From Tubulanus polymorphus (taxonomy: Eukaryota > Animalia > Nemertea), in assembly GCF_964204645.1 (NCBI RefSeq), contig NC_134025.1, positions 17,583,101 through 17,647,100 of the forward strand: DNA of 64,000 nt, written 5' to 3'. Positions 1-13,025 of the stretch are shown piece after piece. Every line of letters starts with the position of its first letter. Position 1 is the first letter of the stretch. The notes below the pieces were generated by a model that worked only from the letters and a program-made list of their open reading frames with translations, did not search any database and was not told where the DNA came from. The position numbers and the translations under genes were made by a program.

Positions 1-37
1 CGATGCCGACGTTGGTGTCACTGAGGCCGGCTGATGA

Positions 38-253
38 TTGTTTGTTTGTCTTTTTGTTTGTTTGGCTTTACATACGTCGTTTGGATCTTGGTTTCCCAAG
101 ACTATTCCTATTGGATTTAACCTCACGACGGTACGGCCTTTGAAGTGTTGCCCGCACACTGTTCGCAGCCAGCAGGACTCGAACCCACTTGTCACTCAGC
201 ATTGATAGTGGATTCAACAGCAACACGCCTTATCTCACTGAGCTACCGAGGCC
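38..253 (-). mobile_element. tRNA-derived SINE
   Basis: Minus strand starts GGCCTCGGTAGCTCAGTGAG (A box), contains GGTTCGAGTCC (B box), then a non-tRNA body and a (CAAA)n tail at about 38-64. Confidence 0.75.
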
Positions 254-419
254 GTTCCATTCAATTCCAAAAAAACTACAGCAGCGGCAAATAACCATCG
301 CAATATTGCAATTTACGACAAACAACGCGTAAATTCAATCACTGTTGTTTAACGCATGGAAGAGATAATAAAAGGTATTTTTTCCCGGCGCGCATTACAC
401 AGCGAATCTCTGCCGAGTG

Positions 420-600
420 CGTAAGAGGGTGCTACCGCCTTATGAGTGCGCAGCAGGCAGGTAGTGCATCCTGAAGTGAAAACTTAAATTAGAATATAGC
501 CGAATCGATTTTTACAATGTCAGTCAACTGATTGATGATACAACATGGTTGTTCTCGGCGTTCTTAACAGTAATATTTTCAAATAAACAACTCTGGTAAA
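420..600. repeat. Dispersed repeat fragment shared with about 53350-53520
   Basis: Both copies contain gtcaactgattgatgatacaacatggtt and alignable flanks (gctacc..., aagtgaaaac...). Confidence 0.6.
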
Positions 601-1227
601 TTGAATAAAATGACCTATCTTTATCGGTGATATCGTATCATGGTGGTAGCCTACCGTTTACCGCTTGATGTTTCGTGTCATCATGAAATGGTTTTAGCTT
701 TAGTAAAGGCGTTCCCGCACGATCACATACGAGTAGGCTGCCGTTCCACTGCTCTAGAAATACGTATTTTGACGCTGATAATTAATCCCAAATAATCCCA
801 TGAATACTAATGATAGTTGGAATAACAGTGATATCCAAACACTGTGATATTTATAAACCGGAGGTACATAATTTTATGTTTTTCTATTCAGAAGAGGCTG
901 TTCCCCATTCTTTACTGCCAATGTCAATGCGGACATATCGCTACGCGATTGTTTAACCCGCTCTCATCTACCAGATAATGAACGAGAAAAATGCGATCCA
1001 ATAACTTTTTGGACCATTAAATCAGAAATCTGGCAACGCTATGTTGTGGTGAATAATTGAAACATTTTTTTTATAGTCATTTTTAGCTGTTTCTAATGTT
1101 TTACGTGAACGGAGTGACAATTTGAAGTTACTATGAAAATGAGAAGAGTCGGCGCTATTTTTTCGTACTACTATTTTCGATCCATTTTATTAGCATTGGC
1201 ATGACGTCATAGACGTCAACCAATGCT

Positions 1228-2392
1228 AAAAATGAAGATTTCTTTTGAAAAGCTTAGCATTTGTCTGAGCAAGCTTTATCACCCAGAGTTGTTCATTTGA
1301 AGTTTTTCATCAATAATGAACCTCGTATTTAATTCATTCCTGATGACTTAAGTTACTAAAAAGCCCCGGATGACAAGACCTCTTTTTTGTTTGGACCTTT
1401 TTGTTCAAACAAATTTTTGTGTCAGAGCTTTTTCGTTTGTACCGACAATTTTTATTCGGTCGACAAGATAGATTTCATTAGAACAAAACTTTTGTGAAAA
1501 ATTCGTTAAAAAAAATTGTTTTCGCTCAACAAATGTTTTTGGCGGGACCAAAAGTTTTTCGTTCGAACAAAAAGTGTATTGTTCGATCAAACATAATTGT
1601 TTTCATTCGAACTAAATTTTCTCGTCGAAAAATTAAGTTTTTCGTTCAAACAAGTAAATTGTACCATCGATTAGTTTTTCATTCCAAAGAAAAAAGATGT
1701 TCGTGGAACTAAATGGTCTTTTCGTTATAATGAGTAATCTTCATTCGATCAAAATAATCTTCTCACTCAAAAACACAAAGGTAAAATATGCCCCTGGGTT
1801 TTCTATGTATCCATATTCATATCATACCTTTTTAGGTTGAAGTTTATTTTGTTATGTTTTTGACCATGTACGGGATAAACTTGTTTAGGTCATTTTGGAA
1901 ATTTACTCGCCCCTGTACATTTCGGATTACTCTGTAAATCATTTATCAGGACTGTGAAGAGAAGACCACTTTGGATACTACCTTGAGTGACTCCACTAGT
2001 TAGATCTACTTATTTCCAAGAATAAGCAGCTCTGTTGATTTCGGCCCCCTTTTTTCGATCTGAGAAAACTACTGAGCCATTTAAGTGACCCATCATTGGT
2101 ACCATTTTCTAGAGGCTTGTTTAGTATATTAGCTTTTCGAAATCCATAAAGACTAAATAAGGCCTAACAATCAATTTTCCAGAGTCAAATAACCATCTGG
2201 TCCAATCTTCCAGTAAGCCCAATTGACTGTTTATAGACCTTCATTTTATAAAACCGCGTTGACCGTTGAACAGGATTCTAAATTCCCTTCACTTTCGTAG
2301 CCTGGTCGGGCTGCTTCGGCATACACGCATTCGTGATCGACACGAACAAGGCTGTGCAGAAAACCCGTTATCGCTGCTTTGCAGCTATATTT
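1228..2392 (-). mobile_element. Helentron/HINE-like repeat family A, partial copy with degenerate gttcgaac-rich array and CR1-type RT fragment
   Basis: Alignable with 32096-34230 and, inverted, with 37213-38870. The terminus aaatatagctgcaaagcagcgataacggg recurs at about 37216, 41443 and 57141. Confidence 0.7.
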
Positions 2393-4426
2393 CCATCTAT
2401 TTTTGTGAAATGGAATACGTACACAATGAAATACATTCAGTTTTAGGGCAAATTTAGATTCATTGAATCGAAGAAGGTAGCCATTCAGTATGTAGGTTTT
2501 TGAAATACAAGATGGCCACTTGTCTGCCATATTGAATGTCATTACTTTCAAATCAAATATAGTTTATCTTCATGCAAGCACACACAACATGAAAATTAAA
2601 GGATGTCAACTGGTAATTATGTGGTGGTAGTAACACAAACCTCACACACTGATGAGGATAAAGTATAGCTTAAACCATAATATTCCACAATAAAATGGAG
2701 TCATAAAATGCGATTTGTAATCCAACACCAGGTCTCTGAGACATCTCAAGGTTTTGTTGCTTTGTTTAGCTTATTGCCAAAGCCCGATGTTTGTTGTTGA
2801 TATCCCTCCTGGTATAAAGGATCATTCAGTAGTTAACGCATGGACATGAAAAACAGCTTATGTGTTGGCTGATATCAAATGGGTAGGGTAACTGTAAACA
2901 TTGTTTAGTGCCTCTAACCCCTCAAAATGAATGAAACGAGCAGCTAGCGACAAATGGAACTTTGAATTAGTAGGATTTCCAGCTATAAAATACTGATTTT
3001 TCATTTGTGTAATGAGTGCAGGGATGAATTGAGAGACCAATCAAATAAAAAATTACCTTCTATTGGCTTGATTATCTTCAGTTTTTCTGGTAATCTGAAG
3101 GTATTACCACTACCAGATAGCGCTGAAATTGCACCATCTTTGGACATACTCGTTTCCATTACACAGGTTCCTGGTTCTCCTCCAATTCTAAAAACATTAA
3201 GCCAACAGATTAGCAGAATTTATGCTATTAAAATATCTATTGTAACTGTCAATTCCAAAAAACAGAGAGCAGTTTTATATAGGCTATTGTGTCAATATTC
3301 TGTTTCATCTCAGCAAGGAGTATTGTTCAACGCATCTTGTGAGCCAGGTAAAAGCCACATCCTGTTTTCATAATATTAGAGAACATGAGCCCCAATGGGT
3401 ATGGCCGAACTGTTGGCTTGTCATACACATGGCAAATGCTCATGGGTTATATTTGTCAAAGTACAATCCATACTCAGAGTCCTGTTTGATCCTCATTTAG
3501 AAGTTTTTTCCTGGATGCCAAGTCAAAAAGTCATGTTGTTTGTCCTGTGTTGACTAGATTGAATCCTGTATGAAAGAAGCACATCGCTTTGTTGCCCCTT
3601 GTAATAATTCCAAAAACGGTTTCACAAAAGAATATGATCTGAACAAAAAATATTGGATATTGTGTAACGAATCTCTTCGGTGGCCTAAATTTACGAATGC
3701 GTATTGGATGTCTCCTTTTGTGGACCAATTTCCATCAATAAACATGAACAATAGAACACAACAATGGGTAAAATGAGTCGAGACCGTGGTTCGACTCCTG
3801 GAAAGATGTACAACTTAACGTTCGAATTCGGGTATAGTCTTATGAATTTAAATGTTCTGCTAAATTGTTTGCAATGGATGTCGTTTCCTCCATTGCAGTG
3901 GTAAATGATGCCTTCTCCATCGTGGTTACGGATGCACCACATACTTGATCCTTATCAAAAATTCACCAGGGCCGAATGTTCACTATCATGCTTCACGAAA
4001 CAAACAGTTAAAGCCTGGGCAACCATCAAAAGGTGTTACCACGGATGCGACCATGAAGCAATCCATACTGGCCATTCCTGCGAACCACTACACATTATTT
4101 ACACGTTACTCCAGCTATATACAGGTATATACAATTGCGACGCTTAAACAAGTTGAGTTTTGATGGTCTGGTCTGGCAAGTTCCTAACTTGAGCGGGTGG
4201 AGCCCTGGGGCCATCCGGCTAGGTAACCAGAAGCGATAAAACGCAAAAACACTCGGCAGACAAAATGTTCACAGATGAGCAGGGTAAGGCTGGTTGCGAA
4301 GGGAAAACGCAACAGGGTACCATTAGGTGTCCGAATAGGTAGGGCAACTGGGTAGCAAGCAGAATGCAGCGGGGTACCACTGGTTGGTGTCCAGTGCATC
4401 CCAATGCAATTCCAAATTGACCCCGA

Positions 4427-5080
4427 TTAGGTGTGGTAAGGATACCATGTCCCCCCATCTAAATGGGCCTTCACTGTCCTGACTACATGGCTGCCTACGA
4501 TCAGCATCGCCTTCCTGTGGTAGAGTATGCCCACAAAGTCATTGTCATCCAGGTCAGGGTGGTCGATCTGGGTGAAACCTGCTCTAACGGAAGGGATATC
4601 AATGCCGTCCTTCCGACAAATGTGTTCCCCCATTTTCTGTATACCGCGAAACAACTTCGGGATTTCCAAGTGAAAAAGAGGAATACCGGGATATCGCTTG
4701 GCCAGCAGGGCATATAACTGGTATAGGTGCTCGGTGGTCTCCCCACAATCCTGGATGTCGTTAACACCGTGGTTGAACACAACCGTAGAACAGGTAACAT
4801 GACTCTGGTGTACGGTGCGGATCGGACCGCCAATACCCTCACACAAATGGGCAATCAGGAACCCATCTGGTGACTTCCAGCCCTTGAACATAGAATCGCT
4901 GAGTAGCAGGCTGGGTCGCTGCCTTGTACTGTCAACTACTCGTTCCTCGAGGCATGTCAGCCTCGGGTCCTGAGCTGACCCACCACATTCGGTCACCATT
5001 GACTTTAGTTCTCTCGACAGCGTAAAGCCATGTCTTGATGCAATGTACGCTTTGACGCCGCAGATGATGGCTCCCACCAC
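4427..5080 (-). CDS. SGNH/GDSL hydrolase-like ORF (217 aa) directly downstream of Gypsy integrase, probably decayed
   Basis: Block I-like LLLSDSM, block III HGVND, degenerate block V region DFVGILY. Same strand as the pol remnants. Confidence 0.6.
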   Translation of the reverse strand: MVGAIICGVKAYIASRHGFTLSRELKSMVTECGGSAQDPRLTCLEERVVDSTRQRPSLLLSDSMFKGWKSPDGFLIAHLCEGIGGPIRTVHQSHVTCSTVVFNHGVNDIQDCGETTEHLYQLYALLAKRYPGIPLFHLEIPKLFRGIQKMGEHICRKDGIDIPSVRAGFTQIDHPDLDDNDFVGILYHRKAMLIVGSHVVRTVKAHLDGGTWYPYHT

Positions 5081-5099
5081 TACACGACTGGGGTCGTAT

Positions 5100-7070
5100 G
5101 AATGTCGTATTTATGCAGGAGTCCAGCTTTCGGGTGTCTGGGCATGGTTGTGGATCTTTTTTACACCTCCGCGCTAACTAAATTTGGTCCTGGACCCACC
5201 CAAAAGCACTCTCCAAACTATGAACCATTTCTTCCGCAAAAAACTGTGACCGTCTTTGGTTCTTCCGGCATCCCGACCATGATGTCCAGGGGCAGCATCA
5301 TTTCTTCTCCAAAAGTGAGTAAAAAAGGTGTTCCCTTGGTACTTTCCTAGACGCTTGAGCGGAATGCCATCAGACAAGCTTGAAGCTTAGAGTCTCAGTT
5401 GGTACCACTCTAATCCAAAGACATGGTGAGCATGGATTTCAAAAATATGTTGGCGTTTTCCACCTGACCATTTCCCATGGGGTGGTACGCAGCGGTATGT
5501 GTCTTATCGAAACCAAGGAAGTGACACATTTCAGAAAATACTCTAGATTCAAAATTGGCTCCTTTGTCAGAGTGGATGCTTTCCGGGCACCCATACCTCG
5601 TAACCCACATGTCCACTATGCGTCGCCCAATAGTCACTGCCTTTTCGTTCCTTAATGGCCATGCCTCCATCCATTGTGCCACCAAGATGTCCATGTTCCC
5701 CTTTTTGGATGTCTTAAGGGGGCAGATGATGTCAACATGTACTCTCTGGCCTCTTCGACCAGTCGGGTCGACACAAGAGGCACTTTTGGCTTCTTCGGCA
5801 GTGACTTACATTGTTGACAATGCATGCACTTCCGGGCATAGTCTTTGACTGCGGTTACCATGCCAGGACACCAGAAGCGTTCACGCATTTTCTGTCCTGT
5901 CTTAGTTGTCCCTCGGTGTCTGCCTGCTAAACCATCATCGAGTGTGACAAGGCCTTCGAGAGTAAACATTTAGGCAAGACAATGCGTTTGTTGGTACCCT
6001 TGGATCCAGGCAGTGGCTTAACGACCAATAGTCCCTCGACAATTTCCAGGTGTTCATACTCACCAAGGAGATTCTGCGATAGGGAGCTGTACTTTTGAGT
6101 TTCATTGGGCACTGGATGAGATTTTGCTCCATCATGTCTTTTACAATGTGGATGTCCGGGTCAGTGTGTTCGGCCTGCTGGATATCCGTCTTACCGAGAC
6201 CGTCTTGGACTCTAGCAACTAAAACTGCAAGTTTACCCGCTGGAAAACCAGTTTCTTTACAGCTCGGGCAACTGCTGTGTTTCTTGACCCTACGAGGCAC
6301 GCCGGAGAGGGAATCTGTGATCTGATGTTTCACACCAGGCCTGTGCTGGATCTCAAATTCGTACTCAGCCAGTTTCTCGTTCGACTATGCGACCTGGTCT
6401 TGATGTATTTGTGAACTACGTAAACATTTCAGGGCAGCATGATCCGTGCGTACCAGAAATGGTTTGCCCAGAAGGTAGTGTCGGAAGTAAATGACCATGT
6501 CGTCCAAAGCTAGCATCTGCCGACAGGTGGCACAGGAATTTTCCTCTCCACCCCTCAGTGTCCAACTGGCATAGGCCACGACCCGTTCAGACCCATCGTT
6601 TTTTTTGTCTGCGAAAGGACCGCACCTATAGCCCAATCGCTCGCATCAGTGTCCAAGATAAATCTTCCCACATCTGGCCTGAAGTCAGGGAAAACAAGAA
6701 CAGGTGGCTGGGTGAGTGCATGCTAGATTTTGTCGAAAGCCAGGCGCTGTTCCTCCCCCTCGTAAAGGGCTGATCCTTTCCGGTTAGCATGTGTAGGGGT
6801 TGGCACGTATTTGCGTAGTTTTCTATGAACTTAGCATAGTATGTGACCAGACCCAGAGAACTTCGAACCTTGGTGACATCCTTTGGTGTTGGTCAGTTCA
6901 GGACCTTGTCACTTTTGGTGGGGTATGTCTCTAACCCAGCTGCACATACCACATGCCCCAGGAAGGCCAACAACCGCTGCATAAGGTTGCACTTCCTCGG
7001 TTTCAGTTTCATACCCGCAGCCCGGAACATGAGAAAACCTCAGCCAATTTGTCAAGGCGAGATGTATTTG
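5100..7070 (-). mobile_element. Gypsy/Ty3 LTR retrotransposon pol remnant (RT-RNase H-integrase) with frameshifts and stops
   Basis: RT end LKPRKC...FLGHVV; RNase H DTDAS, VVAYAS and FRHYLLGKPFLVRTDHAAL; integrase Zn region H-G..KT..MRERFW..C..C; core YGCPESIHSDKGANFES and AYHPMGNGQVE. RT-RH-INT order indicates Gypsy. Confidence 0.92.
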
Positions 7071-7071
7071 T

Positions 7072-8015
7072 GTCATGTCATTCCTGAACACTGCTCTGAT
7101 GTCAGATGTTGCATGTTACTATCATTGTTTCACAAAGCTATTTCCAGTCAGTAATCGAAATATCTTCAAAACAGAGAAATGCGTACTACTTGCAATCACC
7201 AACTAGACTTCAGGACGCTATAACTACACAAGACGTCGCTAGTTTTGTTCGTCGCAGCATCAACCAGAATTCGGGGATCCTCTGCAGATCATTCAGAATT
7301 ACAGTTAACGTATCATTGCATCATCGGTATATAACGACAACATGTGACTCCTTCCTGAATGACTGAGAATCCGGCCGTTACTATCCAGCGTTTGCACATG
7401 TTTGCGCGGTGAATCTCAATCTTCCATGTTTTTTGCGGTGGAAGGGGTTTGATGAACTTTCAGCATCTAGGTTTTCCGCAAATTTGGAGGACCAAATTTA
7501 ATTGGACAAGGGGGCATCTGTCACCCTGATACATAAGTTGCATATTTCATAATCATATAGATCTACAATGTCATATCGAACAGTTCATAATATTTCATAG
7601 CTCTACTACTACTACATAATAATAATAATAATAATAATAATATAATATAATATAACTTATGACTACAGTGTCAATATGTGCTTTAAAATCGCAATCACCA
7701 TGTGACATTACTCAATATGTTTTCACAATAATTAGCTATAGTCAGTGCTCATCGATAATTAATTAATGTCTCTTAAACATGTCACTAGGTGTTTGTTTGT
7801 GAGTCATGATGTCTACAACTTGTCTGACAGCTAGTTCTCACATTATACTCATGATTCTGTATATAAAGACTATGTAAAGTTATGATAATGATTCTCATTC
7901 CGGGATGCAATAAAGATTGTACATGTAAGGTTTAACTGCTTTGTTATTCCTGATGGATGGAATCCTGTACCGCTGGTGTAAATGCTAGTTCCCCAGCCAG
8001 CCTGCCGATACAACA
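7072..8015 (+). mobile_element. Probable 3' end and LTR of a second, oppositely oriented LTR element truncating the Gypsy pol
   Basis: PPT-like ggacaaggggg at about 7504-7514 followed by TGTCAC at 7519, TATATAAAG near 7860 and AATAAA near 7909. No second LTR in the window and the right boundary is uncertain. Confidence 0.4.
7615..7655 (+). repeat. (AAT)n microsatellite
   Basis: Direct reading: aataataataataat... Confidence 0.9.
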
Positions 8016-8269
8016 ACCAGCCGGTTACATATCTATATAGTACGTACACATGGTCTAGCTAGGACCTGTAAATCTGATTGTATGAAACGCGTACAATAGG
8101 TAGTAGACAGCAATTAAATATGTATGTCCTGAGTGGACAAAATATGCTGTATATATGTATCACTCAGATCCTGCAAGAATGATAGCAGTTCTTTATCAAA
8201 TTATTGTGAAACATAATTGACGGACACTACGCGGTACTGGAAAATATCTGTGTACAATACCACTACAAG

Positions 8270-8309
8270 TAATAAGATAAAAACCCACTATTGGGTTTTT
8301 ATCTTATTA
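8270..8309. repeat. Perfect 18-bp inverted repeat with 4-nt loop, probably a rolling-circle element end
   Basis: taataagataaaaaccca-ctat-tgggtttttatcttatta. Confidence 0.8.
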
Positions 8310-8559
8310 TCCGTTCACTATGTTTGAGTGTGGTTATCGTTCTACCGCTCCAAGTGTTTAAATTTCCTACCTAGCTTCTTGCAATCAAGTCTCTTACATC
8401 TAATCCCCGATAATAAACTTGGCTGAGATGTAAGTTAACGTAATGGAATTTAAAACAATATCATAAAACTGCAGTGCTTCACTTTAATATGATATATATA
8501 TACTCGATATAAGTATATACATGATGTAAGATATATGATATAAGTATATACTCGAATTA

Positions 8560-11210
8560 TTCCATTACTTTCACGTTATCGGCATAGAGCTTCCACGTGA
8601 AAACGTTAATCCTGCCCGTGCTAGGGCGCTGGATTAGTGATGACAGAGAAAATCCCAGACTGAAAACCCTGCACTTGTCAGGAGTCGATCCTGACAGTTT
8701 ACTGTTGAGCATTAAAAGTGCCGGGTGCCCCCAGAAAACCCCTCTCTGACATAAGGGAGGGAACTGTGGCGTACGCCGGGACAGATGCCCAGAAGGCTGA
8801 TAAAACGACCGAACCATGCCTGAGCTGGCTTCCGAGATGCTATCAGAACTGTCCGACAGGATGATGCTGGCAACCATGACCGGCGACCATGACATCCTTG
8901 CTGGCCGAGGCCTGCTGTCAGTACTTTGGCTGGGATTACATATACGCTAGGATTACATCCCAGAGGAATGAAAAGCCTATCTTCCACGCCATCCAGTCGA
9001 AATGGGGACAGAGACAGCGGGAAACCCTTGTTGAGCCTGGCGGTGAACAGATCTAGTAATGGGTTGCCCACCAGGGAACACACCAGACTGACATCTACTG
9101 GTGAAGAGACAATTCCTTAGAGATGGCCGATGCCTGACGGGCGACCATGACATCCTTCATGTCTGCTGGGCTAACTACAGAAAGGTGAATTCCTCGAACT
9201 TGGCACCAGGCCAGAATATCTGCTGTGAGCTCGGAGAGAAAAACCGACCCGGTGCCTCCTTGACTCTGAGGATAGGAACAGATAGCCTGGATGACAGATG
9301 TCGGCTAACCATACGTGTCTGTCTATCAGCCTCCCGTATTAAGGAACTTCAGGGCGTGCGGAAGGCTAACAGTTCTAAATGATTTAGAAGCCCATCCTGG
9401 CGTGACCATCACCCTTGAGGTTGCTTAGGAACGTCCACCCACCTTGATCCTAGATCGATCCAGTGAAGGGAGCAAAAGTAAAACATCCCAATTCATTGTT
9501 GATCAGTGACAACCGACCTTCGGAATCTCTGAAATAGCCTGCTGTGAAGGTGCACCAGCGAGATAATCTAGGACGAGGACTCTAGGCCAGTACTGTGCCC
9601 AATGAGTGGTGCCCGACAGCCTGGATATCCCGTCTCAGAACTTAAATACCCTGGCCCGGGCGGGGTAACCCTGACCCTGAAAAGGTCGAAAACCATGCCC
9701 ACATCAAGGCAATCGATGTCACCCAATTGGCCGGAGCGCAGAGTCTGCACTACCTCCTAGCAAACCCTGTCGGTCTTATGCCTGGAGGTCATACCACAAC
9801 GCGAGGTGAACTGGACACGAAAGTCTTAACTCTCATGGCCACTTCTATGGGCTTCATGTTTGCACCATACGAAAGGCTTGGGTGAAAGGATTTGCCTCTT
9901 CCATTGCCATCAACCATTTGCCTTTACCTCGGTTGCTTGTCCACAAGTGTCCATAAAGAACTAAGTCCGCGCAAAGGGCTTTTCAGAGTAGTGAACCCTT
10001 TTATGTTCTGATATTCTGCTGCTGTTGAGGCGCACCAACCGGAAAAGCAGATAAAGGGACCCATCAGCACCAGGAATAGTAAATTCTGAATAAACTCTGG
10101 GAGTTAAGAGCTGAATTCATTAATGCAGAAGTCTTGCCACCAAGATCATATTAGCGTGAGCCTGGCGACAAGAAGAATAATATGAGGCTAACCTCTCCAG
10201 GGACAGGATTGCGATCCATGTCCCCTGGAACGTCGGAAATTTCAAACGAGTCAGACATTCCCCATGTAGGAGGGACTGAACCTTCAGTTCTCCAATGAGT
10301 AATAGCAAAGTCATTTCCTGGACATCACCAATCATAGTAAAGTTTTGGGAATGACCAGAGAGATGATCACGCCCTGGGCAATTTAATGCCCAAGGAAGTA
10401 GAAAACTCGACAATCGGTTTAACACCCGCATCGTGAGAGCTAGGCGATCGGGCAAGTTAACTCAAACGGGCGCTCCTGGCCCCACCAGGGTTAGTCAATA
10501 CGAGACCGCTGGATGCCACAGCAGAAGGAAGCCGATGCCGGACTGGTGGGAGCCGAGGCCAGAGGTTTACAGAGGTTTACAAGTGTCGGGGGTGGTTTTA
10601 GCATCAGACATTAATCAGTTGAGCCTATGCTGAAAGAAAAATATATAATCAATTTTGATGAAATTAAAAATAAAATCTATATAGGCCTATAGCGACTTTT
10701 CTTCTTGGCCACCAATGCTATCTCTGACCGGTCTTCGGTCAGAGCGACCACTGGGGGCTGGTTGCAAAATGGAACCGAGCCGAGACTGATCCAGGTGATT
10801 ACCATGGTTCAAGAACCGATTGGTTGGGGATCAGTGTCTATGAGATCTAGCGAAACCAGAAAGTGCCGGGGGCCTTGACTGGTCCCGACAACGTTTACCT
10901 GACCTCTTAGCGGACCTTCTTAATTAATTATTAATTAATTGATAATTATTTTCAATAATCTTATACTTTCATAACAAACTGAAACGGGGCCAGGATCTGG
11001 AAATGGAGTGCTCCGGCCACGAGAATTTATGATCAAGTTTATTGAGAAATGTAAAAAGAAAACAAAATGGAATAAACCAGACAGAATGTTATTTATATTC
11101 GTGGTTTAAAAGCTAAGTGGCAGCTCCCAAAAAATGCACCAAAAATGGCAGCGCTAAGGAAGAAATTGAGTCACATGGCTCGTGGTAGCGCCACCGTATG
11201 GTATGGGGGT
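8560..11210 (-). mobile_element. Decayed DIRS1-type retroelement (RNase H and methyltransferase-like remnants)
   Basis: NHLELLA-like RNase H motif near 9365-9390, QGGT motif near 9255, and P..DLFTARLN motif (ORF 8712..9083) typical of the DIRS MT domain. GC-richer than the flanks. Boundaries approximate and no recognisable tyrosine recombinase ORF. Confidence 0.7.
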
Positions 11211-11215
11211 TCTCC

Positions 11216-11870
11216 AACAAGAGGCCCACGGGCCTTGTACCTTCATGACGCAGCAGAAGAAGAATGATTGAGTATTCAAAGTTTTACAGAAAGATTTACA
11301 TTGTAACGATGTGACAAGTTTTAAAATAGTTAAGATGGTATAGGCAATGTGGTGATAGTGTTCATTTTCTGTTAATATATCCTTACATGAAAATACAAGC
11401 CCATTTTAGCTGCCCTGCAGAGATTCGAAAAAATGCAAAAAAATGCATCAAGAATTGGTGTAGGCATTGCTGAAAAGAAATCCAAGATGGATGGCAACCC
11501 TGGTGGTCATACTTGAACTCAATTTTCAATAAGGGGTAGACATTTCACCTACCAAAATTCTTACACCTTCGAGATTCGAGATGGCTGACCTGGCGGCCAT
11601 ATTTTAAAGCTGATGAACTCCAGATACAAAAGGCATGGACAGCTTACCTACCCTGATCCTCACACCAAATTTTGTGGAAATCCATCAAGAATTGCGGGCT
11701 GCATCATGCAAACAAGGAATTCAAAATGGCCACCGAATGACAGCCATATTTGATCACCAATGACATTTTTTTACAATAGGGGTGGACATCTCGCCGGACC
11801 CAATCTTCAAGCTAATTTTCAAAAAGATTCATCGCAAATTACAGGCGAATTACTGTGTCGAATTCAATTC
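11216..11870 (+). mobile_element. Helentron/HINE-like non-autonomous element, 5' part
   Basis: Starts aacaagaggcccacgggccttg (short palindrome after ACAAGAG), then degenerate ggcggccatattt-type internal repeats. Confidence 0.5.
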
Positions 11871-13025
11871 AATTCCAGAGGGCCTGGCCTTTTTGAAAAA
11901 CCAGCACAGATGCCTATTTAAATCACATGTAGTCAAAAAATTCAGTGCTTCTTAGTTTGATGTCCCTGTTTTCATCGTGCATGTGGTTAAAATTATTGTT
12001 TACGTCTTCGAAACATCTTCAACAGCTGATACAACCGCACCCGCGTCTGTCTATCATCTTAATTGATTCATACCTGGCATACTAAAATGCTCACTATGAA
12101 AAAACTATGCGGTGAATCAATCTGGAATTTTTCAGTAGAATGTCAGACACTAGGTACCTTTCTTTAAAGGATTATTTGTTGTAGGTCAATAACAATCAGT
12201 TATATAATACTTTATTCATAACTTTGAAGTGGCGCACCGATGGCGAATGCTCAAGCAAGGTCAGTCACGTAAGCCAACGATAACACGAAACAGACAATAT
12301 TCTATTGATGGCATTTGCTCTTTAATGGATAATAGCAAACTAAAAATAAAAGAAGCTATATGTGCAATGAGTTACAGGATGGCCATGTTGCCTCTGACTT
12401 AATTTAACTTTCTTATGACGATGGGTACTGGATTGAAGTGTTTACAAAATGTCCATTAGAGTTTGAAAAAGAGGACCATGGGGCAGTAAATTTTACTTTT
12501 GCGCACAAAAATCCATTAGCTCTGGGATTTGCAATGACATATAAAGATGAAATCTTGGTGCACAGCACCACATAGTAAGCACGTTCAACTTAGATGATAT
12601 GTATGGTATTCGGTTTTCTCCGTGACTTACTAGCAAATGGCAGAACAATCAGTAGTATGTTAGTTGTACATACATTGAACTCGGATGCTGATAACGAAAT
12701 CACTTTCTATGTTGTTATCAAGATAGAAGGTCAAATCAATTAGTAGAGGGGAAAAATCATTGAAATTTTGCTCATTATCTCCAGTAATTCTGAACAGCTG
12801 AGCTGATGGACAAACCCTTCAATATTAATTCAAACCCCTAATCCCCTCCTAATGACTAAATAAACAGCTGTGTATATCCAGTGGTTACAATTTGTGCCAC
12901 CTACAGAAAGTAACACTCATTACCAAGGATCAACACAGCTATTTTTGTACATTTTCAGAATCAACTCATTTCAGTGAACAAGTTACGCTGCTGGTTGGCT
13001 GTCTTGATTAGGATCTGACCTGGTC

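Noticed and set aside
160-253. tRNA gene (also 38670-38744)
   Set aside because: A and B boxes are present, but both continue into SINE bodies with simple-repeat tails and I could not fold a convincing cloverleaf.
1405-1712. Phe/Lys/Arg-rich ORFs here and at 32191-32945 and 37527-38098
   Set aside because: Translations of the degenerate gttcgaac-rich array in family A; frames are not conserved between copies.
8712-9083. Novel eukaryotic DNA adenine methyltransferase system
   Set aside because: The DLF..RLN motif is the known methyltransferase-like domain of DIRS1 elements and is decayed here.
1-13025. Next downstream TRAK exon (RVFETV-like motif)
   Set aside because: No splice-bounded match found by eye; it probably lies beyond the window start, though a small exon could have been missed.
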